Below are positions 19,125 to 26,542 of a stretch of 64,000 nucleotides of DNA, piece by piece; position 1 is the stretch's first letter; each line of letters opens with the position of its first letter. A program made the position numbers and the translations under genes. The stretch spans positions 7,587 through 71,586 of the forward strand of contig CAJFKR010000003.1 in NCBI GenBank assembly GCA_904386005.1, read 5' to 3'. Below the pieces are notes generated by a model, which saw nothing but the letters and a program-made list of their open reading frames with translations, searched no databases and was not told the DNA's origin. Origin of the DNA: Candidatus Flemingiibacterium merdigallinarum. GTDB taxonomy: Bacteria > Bacillota > Clostridia > Oscillospirales > CAG-272.

Positions 19125-21251
19125 ATGAAAAAAATATCAAGAATACTTACCCTCGCGGCACTGGTGATTCTTGTGCTCGGCTGCCTTCCGATCAACGCTA
19201 TCACTCCGTATTCAACTTATACCTACTCAATCGGCGGCTTTTCGCTTATGTCGCCTGACGCATATACACCGGACAGACAGATCGATTCAAACTACATGGG
19301 CGTAACTCCGGCAATCGACGACCCGCGCGATTTGTTCGTAGATCAGTATAAGAATATTTACATCGCGGACGCCGCGAACAACCGTATCGTTGTACTTGAC
19401 AGATATTACAAGCTCAAGTTCTACATAAATACGTTTGTCAACGGACAGGGTGTTCCGGACTCGCTGACCAACCCTTCGGGCGTATATGTCACCGAGGATA
19501 AGATTTATGTAGCCGACACCGACAACAATCGTATTGTAATGTTCGAGCTTGACGGCACCTTCTATAAGGTTATCGAGGAGCCTGACTCGGATGTTTTCCC
19601 GTCCGGTTCTATTTACAAGCCGGTCGCAATCGCAGTCGATAACTATGGTCGTATCTATGTTATTTCGTCGACCACCTACATGGGTGTCATCGCGATAAAC
19701 GAAAACGGAGACTTCCAGGGCTTCATCGGCGCGCAGAAGGTTACGATCGACGCGCTCTCGATAATCTGGAGACGTTTCCAGACTGAAGAGCAGAGAGCTT
19801 TGTCGCAGCAGTATGTATCGACTGAGTTCAACAACATCACCATCGACGACAAAGGCTTCATCTATGTAACCACCTCGTCTATCGACGAGAATCAGCAGCA
19901 GGCGGCTATAAACTCGAAGGACGGAACTTATGCTCCTGTCAAGAAGCTGAACACCGCGGGTTCGGACATCATGAAGCGTAACGGCTTCTTTGGTCCGGGC
20001 GGTGAAGTTAACATCACGAATATCTCGACCGCTGATATCACCGGTCCTTCGAAGATCATCGACGTCGCTATCGGACCGGAGGAGACCTGGTCGATAATCG
20101 ACGAAAAGCGCAGCAAGATTTACACCTATGACTCCGACGGAAATCTTCTGTTCATCTTTGGCGATACTGGACAGCAGCTCGGTAACATTCAGTCTATCGA
20201 AGCTATTGCCTACCTCGATAATGACATTCTCATTCTTGACAAAACTTCCGATAACATCACTGTTTACAGACGTACTGAGTACGGCGATCTGCTGCTTGAA
20301 GCTATCAGAAATACAAATGAACGTAACTACGACACTACGATTGACTACTGGATGGAAATACTTAAGCGCAACAACAACTTTGACTCGGCTTACATCGGTA
20401 TAGGCAAGAGCCTTTACAGAAGCGCTGACTACGAAGAATCGCTTACCTATTACAAATCCGCGTATGACACGGAGAATTACTCCGAATCGTTTAAGGAAAT
20501 CAGAAAAGCTTGGATTTCGAAGTATATCGTTCTGATTCCGATAATCGTAATTGCGATCGTTGTCCTTATCGTATTGTTTAACAAATACGCAGCAAAGCTC
20601 AACAAGAAGACGCAGCTCAAAAAGGGCAGAAAGACCTTCTGGGAAGAGCTTATCTACGCGAACCATGTCATATTCCACCCGTTCGACGGTTTCTGGGATT
20701 TGAAGCATGAATATCGCGGTTCGGTCAGAGCCTCGTTTGTATGGATCGTAATCGCTATTCTGACATTCTATTATCAGAGCGTCGGTACCGGTTATATCTT
20801 CAATCCTCAGGAAGGCGGTTCGACAATATTGGTTCAGCTGACCGCGGTGCTCGTACCTGTACTGCTTTGGACCGTATCCAACTGGTGCTTGACCACTCTG
20901 TTCGACGGCGAAGGCAGCTTCAAGGATATATTTGTCGCAACCTCTTACGCTCTGGTGCCGATTCCGATACTTATTATCCCGTCGGTCATCATATCAAACT
21001 TCTCGCTCGCATCTGAAGCTACCATTATCAATCTGCTTGTCTCGCTCGCATTCATCTGGTGCGGTCTCCTGATCTTCTTCGGCACAATGGTAACTCATGA
21101 CTACACTTTCTCGAAGAATGTCATTACATCCCTCGGCACAATCGTCGGAATGGCTATTATCATGTTTATTGGTATCCTGTTCTCGACGCTGCTTGCTAAG
21201 ATTGTAAGCTTTATTTCGAGTATTGTTATCGAAATCACGTATCGTATGTAA
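19125..21251 (+). CDS. Membrane protein: signal peptide, six-bladed NHL-repeat propeller, TPR-like segment, C-terminal Yip1-type multi-TM domain
   Basis: NHL-like blades are YKNIYIADAANNRIVVLD, EDKIYVADTDNNRIVMFE, YGRIYVISS, KGFIYVTTS, SKIYTYDSDGNLLFIFG and NDILILDKTSDNITVYR. The helical repeats include YYKSAYDTENY. Five hydrophobic helices follow from KYIVLIPIIVIAIVVLIVLF onward (FHPFDGFWDLKHE...). Confidence 0.65.
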   Translation: MKKISRILTLAALVILVLGCLPINAITPYSTYTYSIGGFSLMSPDAYTPDRQIDSNYMGVTPAIDDPRDLFVDQYKNIYIADAANNRIVVLDRYYKLKFYINTFVNGQGVPDSLTNPSGVYVTEDKIYVADTDNNRIVMFELDGTFYKVIEEPDSDVFPSGSIYKPVAIAVDNYGRIYVISSTTYMGVIAINENGDFQGFIGAQKVTIDALSIIWRRFQTEEQRALSQQYVSTEFNNITIDDKGFIYVTTSSIDENQQQAAINSKDGTYAPVKKLNTAGSDIMKRNGFFGPGGEVNITNISTADITGPSKIIDVAIGPEETWSIIDEKRSKIYTYDSDGNLLFIFGDTGQQLGNIQSIEAIAYLDNDILILDKTSDNITVYRRTEYGDLLLEAIRNTNERNYDTTIDYWMEILKRNNNFDSAYIGIGKSLYRSADYEESLTYYKSAYDTENYSESFKEIRKAWISKYIVLIPIIVIAIVVLIVLFNKYAAKLNKKTQLKKGRKTFWEELIYANHVIFHPFDGFWDLKHEYRGSVRASFVWIVIAILTFYYQSVGTGYIFNPQEGGSTILVQLTAVLVPVLLWTVSNWCLTTLFDGEGSFKDIFVATSYALVPIPILIIPSVIISNFSLASEATIINLLVSLAFIWCGLLIFFGTMVTHDYTFSKNVITSLGTIVGMAIIMFIGILFSTLLAKIVSFISSIVIEITYRM

Positions 21252-21274
21252 TAACAGGATAGGAGTTATAGTAA

Positions 21275-24200
21275 ATGAAAAAATTCAGATTATTATCGGC
21301 ATTCCTGACTGTTGTTATGGTTTGGGGTGTGCTTGCAAGTCTACCGGTCTTTGCCGCAGAGGCTGAGACCACCGAAGACGGTGTTCTGATTCCTGGATGG
21401 GACGACGAAGAAGGAGTTCCTACCATCGATTATGTAACACAGCTCTTCAACACTCCCGAGGATAAGCTGGCTACCATGACGAAGTATCTCGATAAGGGAA
21501 ACTTTGAATTGTATGTAGAGCCGATTTCTGGTGAAATTGCGTATGTCAACAAAGTGACCGGACAGATTCTTTTCTCGAATCCATACGACGTCTCCCAGAC
21601 AAGCGCATCGGAATCAATAAAACAACAGCTTCTCTCGCAGATTGAGATCAAGTATACCGACAACGACTCTCAGCTCGAGCTTCACAGCTTTGTTGAAGCC
21701 TGCCAGAGAGGTCAGATCGTCGTAAAGAAGATTAAAAACGGCGTTCGTGTCGAATATACTATGGGTCGTGAAGAGACCCGTAAGCTCGTTCCGAAACAGA
21801 TTGAAAAAACTCGTTTCGAAACCTTGATTCTTGCGAATATCCCCGAAGGTCAGGCGCTCAACAAGATGAACGCGTTTTATCAGCTCAAGGACCCGTTTGA
21901 TCCGAACCTGACAGAGCGTGCAAAGCGTGAGCTGCAGGCGACCTTCCCCATAACAAACGAAATGGCGATCTACATCTTCGACCCGTATGCGTCCGACCGT
22001 GAGCTTAACGAAATCGAAGGCTATATCAAGCAGTACTGCCCTGAATATACGTATGAAACCCTCGAAGAGGACCATACGATGACAGAGTATGAAGGAAAGG
22101 ATGAAGCACCGGTTCTGTTCAGACTTTCGCTCGAATACACGCTCGATGAAGATGGCTCGCTCGACGTCCGTCTCCCCGCGAACGGTATCCGTTTCGACGA
22201 GAGCTCGTTCCAGCTCGACTCGATCACTCCCCTGCCGTGGTTTGGAGCCGGTTCGAGCAATTACAGCGGCTATACATTCATCCCCGACGGTTCGGGTACA
22301 CTCGTCCGTTTTGAGGACGTCGGAACCAAGCCGCTGACCCTGTCCGGTCAGATTTACGGACCTGACTACGCGTATCAGGAAATCACTGGCTTCCAGCACA
22401 AGGAAGTTATGAGGCTTCCGGTATTCGGTGTAGTTGAAACAAATGTAGCACTCCCGATAACAGAAACTGACGCCACCACCGGTGAGACCACGACGACCTA
22501 CGCCGAGATTGAAACGGCAGACGGTGAGATTTACGAGAAAAAGACCAACGGCTTCCTCGCGATTATTGAGGAAGGCGACGCGCTCGCAAGCATCACCACC
22601 GAGCACGGCGGTACAGTTCATTCCTACAACAGTGTCAACGCGTCCTTCTCACCTCGTCCTAAGGACTCGTATAACCTCGCTGAAGCAATTTCGGCCGGTC
22701 AGGACGCTACCTACACGGTCGTTTCCGAGCGTAAATACACCGGAAGCTATCGCATTAAGTACATAATGCTGACTGAGCCCGAGCTCGCGGAAGCTACTGG
22801 TTTTTCCGATTATTATGAAGCATCCTATGTCGGAATGGCTACCGCATACAGAGAATACCTTGAGAATGAAGGAATTCTCACCGACCTTGAAAATGTAAGC
22901 GATTCGATCCCGCTTTACATTGAGTCGTTTGGCTGCCTTGAGGATATAGAGCGCATTCTTTCAATCCCTGTTGAAGTTTTGAAGCCGTTGACCACATTCG
23001 AAGATTTGAAGTCGATGTATACACAGCTCTCTGAAGCCGGTATTACAAACATCAACTTCAAGCTCACCGGATTTGCAAACGGTGGTATGAACGATACCTC
23101 AGCGTATAATGTTAAGTTCGAAAAGGTAGTCGGCGGTAACGACGGCTTCACTGAATTCGTTTCTTATGCACAGTCGAACAACTTTGGCGTATATCCTGAT
23201 TTCGACTTTGCGAACATCGGTATGTTCGAAATGTTCGACGGCGTTTCGATGAGAAAGCACCTCATCAAGACGATGGATAACCGCTACACAAGTAAACGTT
23301 ATTACGACTCGACGCTCCAGTCCTACGAGAGAGGTTACTCGCTCGCGGTATCACCTTCGGTTTATGACTATTTCTACGAGCACTTCAAAGAGGACTACTC
23401 TGATCTCAGCCCGATGGGTCTGTCCGTATCAACTCTCGGTACCGACCTGAACTCCGACTTCGATAAGAAGGAGCCGTACAACCGCGAGGACAGCAAGGAA
23501 TTCACGACCGACCTGCTAGCAGATATTGAAACTGACTACCAAAACGTCATGATCGATGGTGGTAACCTTTACTCGCTGCCGTATGCGGATCATATTATCA
23601 ATGTTTCGCTTGACTCCAGCCGCTTCTCTAATGCAAGTGAAGCTGTGCCGTTCATGGGTATGGTGCTTCATGGTAGTATGAACTTCGCCGGCACTGCTAT
23701 CAATATGGCAGGCGACACCCAGTATGAACTGCTTAAGGCCATCGAAAACGGCGCGTCACTTTACTTCACGCTTTCGATGCAGAACACTTCGCTGCTTAAG
23801 GAAGACATTGAATTCAACAAGTACTATTCAATATCGTTTGATATTTGGTATGAAGAACTTGTTTCGCTTTACAACACGCTCAATGACGCGATCGGTGATG
23901 TTCAGGACAAGAAGATCGTCGACCATGAATTCCTGATTGGCGAGCGCGTACCGTCCGCTGAAGAAATTGAAGCTGACCGTATCGCCGAGGAGGAAGCAAG
24001 ACTTGCTGAGGAAGAAGCTGAAGCACTTGCGGCTGAAAAGGCTGAAAAGAAGGAGCTTCTTGAACAGAGACTCGCTGAACTCGCAGGTGAAGAGTATGAG
24101 CCTGAGGAGCCAGAGGAGGAAGAAGAAGAGGAAGAAGTCGTCACCGAGGGTTACCAGTATACTAAGTATACCTCCGACGACGGCAGAATCGTCAAGGTCA

Positions 24201-24313
24201 CCTACGAAGGCGGAAAGTCTTTCATACTCAACTACAACAACTTTGAAATCACTGTCGTTGATGATGGTACTACCTACACAATCGGCGCACTTGATTTCGT
24301 TCAGGTTGATTAA
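21275..24313 (+). CDS. Secreted 1012-aa protein of unknown function (possibly DUF5696-like), with acidic coiled-coil/poly-Glu tract and a small C-terminal domain
   Basis: Signal peptide MKKFRLLSAFLTVVMVWGVLASLPVFA-AE. I recognise no catalytic motif. The acidic tract is EEIEADRIAEEEARLAEEEAEALAAEKAEKKELLEQRLAELAGEEYEPEEPEEEEEEEE (23960-24137). The DUF label is from memory only. Confidence 0.5.
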   Translation: MKKFRLLSAFLTVVMVWGVLASLPVFAAEAETTEDGVLIPGWDDEEGVPTIDYVTQLFNTPEDKLATMTKYLDKGNFELYVEPISGEIAYVNKVTGQILFSNPYDVSQTSASESIKQQLLSQIEIKYTDNDSQLELHSFVEACQRGQIVVKKIKNGVRVEYTMGREETRKLVPKQIEKTRFETLILANIPEGQALNKMNAFYQLKDPFDPNLTERAKRELQATFPITNEMAIYIFDPYASDRELNEIEGYIKQYCPEYTYETLEEDHTMTEYEGKDEAPVLFRLSLEYTLDEDGSLDVRLPANGIRFDESSFQLDSITPLPWFGAGSSNYSGYTFIPDGSGTLVRFEDVGTKPLTLSGQIYGPDYAYQEITGFQHKEVMRLPVFGVVETNVALPITETDATTGETTTTYAEIETADGEIYEKKTNGFLAIIEEGDALASITTEHGGTVHSYNSVNASFSPRPKDSYNLAEAISAGQDATYTVVSERKYTGSYRIKYIMLTEPELAEATGFSDYYEASYVGMATAYREYLENEGILTDLENVSDSIPLYIESFGCLEDIERILSIPVEVLKPLTTFEDLKSMYTQLSEAGITNINFKLTGFANGGMNDTSAYNVKFEKVVGGNDGFTEFVSYAQSNNFGVYPDFDFANIGMFEMFDGVSMRKHLIKTMDNRYTSKRYYDSTLQSYERGYSLAVSPSVYDYFYEHFKEDYSDLSPMGLSVSTLGTDLNSDFDKKEPYNREDSKEFTTDLLADIETDYQNVMIDGGNLYSLPYADHIINVSLDSSRFSNASEAVPFMGMVLHGSMNFAGTAINMAGDTQYELLKAIENGASLYFTLSMQNTSLLKEDIEFNKYYSISFDIWYEELVSLYNTLNDAIGDVQDKKIVDHEFLIGERVPSAEEIEADRIAEEEARLAEEEAEALAAEKAEKKELLEQRLAELAGEEYEPEEPEEEEEEEEVVTEGYQYTKYTSDDGRIVKVTYEGGKSFILNYNNFEITVVDDGTTYTIGALDFVQVD

Positions 24314-24333
24314 TCAAAAGAGAGGTGTAATAA

Positions 24334-25308
24334 ATGAACAGCGAATTAAAGCTCAATAGTGTCCCCGCTGCTAAAAAGCGCAAGCGTGGTGCCTCTCTTG
24401 ATAAGCGCAAGGCGCGTGCGGGATGGATGTTTGTCATGCCGTTCGTCCTCAGCTTTATCATCATCTACCTGCCGATCATCATTGACTCGATAAAGTACAG
24501 CTTTAACAAGATCAAGATCGGTCAGGGCGGCGGCTACACTCTCGAATTCGTCGGCTGGGAAAACTACCAGGAAGCGTTGTTTGTCGACCCTCAGTTCGTT
24601 CAGACTCTGACTTCCGGTATCCAGCAACTGATCTTTGACATCCCGGCAATAGTCATATTCTCGCTCTTTATGGCAGTGCTTCTGAACCAGAAAATGGTTG
24701 GACGCGCCGCGTTCCGTGCAATCTTCTTTATTCCGGTTATTATCTCGACCGGTATCATTGACAAGATTGACCAGGCAAACACCATGCTCGACTACATGGA
24801 GAACGTCGAAGAGGGTATCAACGACGGTTCCGGACAGAACACGACCAACGAAATCTTGTCCGCGGTCGATATCGAGCGTTTGTTTGACAACATGAAGGTT
24901 GGTACCGAGCTGGTTGACTACGTTGTAACGATGGTTAACAACGTCTACAACATCATCAACCGTTCAGGCGTACAGATGCTGATTTACCTCGCAGGTCTGC
25001 AGTCCATCTCGCCGTCGATTTACGAATCGTGCGATATAGACGGTGCGACCGCATGGGAAACCTTCTGGAAGATCACCTTCCCGATGATCAGCCCGATGAT
25101 TCTCGTAAACGCGATTTACACAGTCATCGACTCGTTTACATCACAGTCCAACCAGGTTATGACTTACATTTCGAATGTATATGACCAGGCTGGAGGAAAC
25201 GTGCTCAGCTCGGCAATGGCATGGATTTACTTCCTTATCGTTCTTCTCATAATCGGTTTGGTTGCCGCACTGCTCAGCGCGTACGTATTCTACCAGAAGC
25301 GCGATTAA
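24334..25308 (+). CDS. ABC transporter permease (MalF-like), second pair
   Basis: 324 aa. Basic N-terminus, then TM helices. EAA loop YESCDIDGATAWETFWKITFPMISP. Confidence 0.85.
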   Translation: MNSELKLNSVPAAKKRKRGASLDKRKARAGWMFVMPFVLSFIIIYLPIIIDSIKYSFNKIKIGQGGGYTLEFVGWENYQEALFVDPQFVQTLTSGIQQLIFDIPAIVIFSLFMAVLLNQKMVGRAAFRAIFFIPVIISTGIIDKIDQANTMLDYMENVEEGINDGSGQNTTNEILSAVDIERLFDNMKVGTELVDYVVTMVNNVYNIINRSGVQMLIYLAGLQSISPSIYESCDIDGATAWETFWKITFPMISPMILVNAIYTVIDSFTSQSNQVMTYISNVYDQAGGNVLSSAMAWIYFLIVLLIIGLVAALLSAYVFYQKRD

Positions 25309-25321
25309 TGGAGGGTAAAAA

Positions 25322-26380
25322 ATGAATTCTCAACAAGCACCTCAGGCTCCCCGCGTAATGAAGGAGAGCAAAAACAAAATCAGAGTTGAGTTTGAAAGAA
25401 CCCCTCTAAAAGAAAGATTAAAGGCGAAATTCTTAAACCTTAACTTTCTTACAAATGTCGTCTGGGTTATTTTCAGACTGGTTCTGCTTATCGGTATTTC
25501 GTATGTCATTCTATTCCCGTTCTTCGCGAAGATCTCCGGCTCATTTATGAGCCGTGAGGACTTCGTTGACGTAACGGTCAAGCTGATACCGAAATATCCT
25601 ACGCTTGACACTTACAGAGCTATCATCCAGGAAAATGATTATTTCGAAGCTCTTCTGAACACGACGATCCTGTCGGTTCTCTGCGGCATTATCCAGACAT
25701 TTATGTGCTGTGTAATCGGTTACGGTCTTGCGAAGTTTAAGTTCAAAGGAAGCAAGCTTATATTCTTCCTTGTTATCTTCACAATGGTTGTTCCGCATAG
25801 AACACTCCAGCTCTCGATGTTCATGAAGTTCAGATACTTCGACATTCTTGGTATATTCAATCTCCTCGGAGGCGGAGTATTCGAAGGATTAAAAGTTTTA
25901 CCTTTCACATCCCTGAACCTGAACAATACATATTGGCCTCTGGCACTTCTGTCGATTGGCGGACTTGCGTTTAAGAACGGTCTGTACATCTTCATGATGC
26001 GTCAGTTCTTCCGCGGTGTACCGGATGAGCTTGAAGAGTCGGCATACATCGACGGAAGCGGCACTTTCAGAACCTTCATTCAGATTATACTTCCGCTTTC
26101 CGTGCCGATGATGATCACTATCTTCCTGTTCGCGTTCTCGTGGCAGTGGACAGATAACTTCTACACTACGATATTCTTCACAAAAGCCTCGATGGTTCTG
26201 ATGCCGGATATCATCGCGATACCAAAGACATTGGACACCGCATATGCGGCGCAAAACCTGTATGAATCGGCGATACGTAATACCTGCGGTCTGCTGATAC
26301 TCGCTCCTCTGCTCATAATCTACATCTTCATGCAGAGATTCCTTATCGGCGGTATCGAGCGTTCTGGTATTGTCGGTTAA
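25322..26380 (+). CDS. ABC transporter permease (MalG-like), second pair
   Basis: 352 aa. EAA loop EESAYIDGSGTFRTFIQIILPLSVP. Confidence 0.85.
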   Translation: MNSQQAPQAPRVMKESKNKIRVEFERTPLKERLKAKFLNLNFLTNVVWVIFRLVLLIGISYVILFPFFAKISGSFMSREDFVDVTVKLIPKYPTLDTYRAIIQENDYFEALLNTTILSVLCGIIQTFMCCVIGYGLAKFKFKGSKLIFFLVIFTMVVPHRTLQLSMFMKFRYFDILGIFNLLGGGVFEGLKVLPFTSLNLNNTYWPLALLSIGGLAFKNGLYIFMMRQFFRGVPDELEESAYIDGSGTFRTFIQIILPLSVPMMITIFLFAFSWQWTDNFYTTIFFTKASMVLMPDIIAIPKTLDTAYAAQNLYESAIRNTCGLLILAPLLIIYIFMQRFLIGGIERSGIVG

Positions 26381-26400
26381 GAAATCATATCTAAAATTAA

Positions 26401-26430
26401 AAGAGACAGTCGAAAGGCTGTCTCTTTTAC
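26401..26430 (+). terminator. Rho-independent terminator ending the ABC locus
   Basis: Stem aagagacag / ctgtctctt with loop tcgaaagg. The run of T's overlaps the 3' arm and is followed by ttac. Confidence 0.75.
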
Positions 26431-26503
26431 AATATATTAAATTGATATAGGTAGCATATTTAAAAGGTGAAACGCTATATCGCATTTATATACATAAAAT
26501 ATA

Positions 26504-26528
26504 CCCCCTCGAAGCTGCTTCGAGGGGG
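26504..26528 (-). terminator. Rho-independent terminator after carB-dapF
   Basis: 11-bp stem ccccctcgaag / cttcgaggggg with a 3-nt loop. The minus-strand reading is followed by a T-rich tatatttta. Confidence 0.7.
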
Positions 26529-26542
26529 TGATCATTTTATAA

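Noticed and set aside
19287-22621. Minus-strand ORFs 19287..20708 (473 aa) and 21614..22621 (335 aa) inside the operon
   Set aside because: They are antisense to well-supported genes packed in an operon. They have no starts with an SD and no family resemblance.
23960-24137. GAA/GAG-rich repetitive DNA considered as a non-coding microsatellite or recombination scar
   Set aside because: It lies in frame within the 1012-aa ORF and encodes a coherent acidic coiled-coil/poly-Glu tract, with a folded-looking domain after it.
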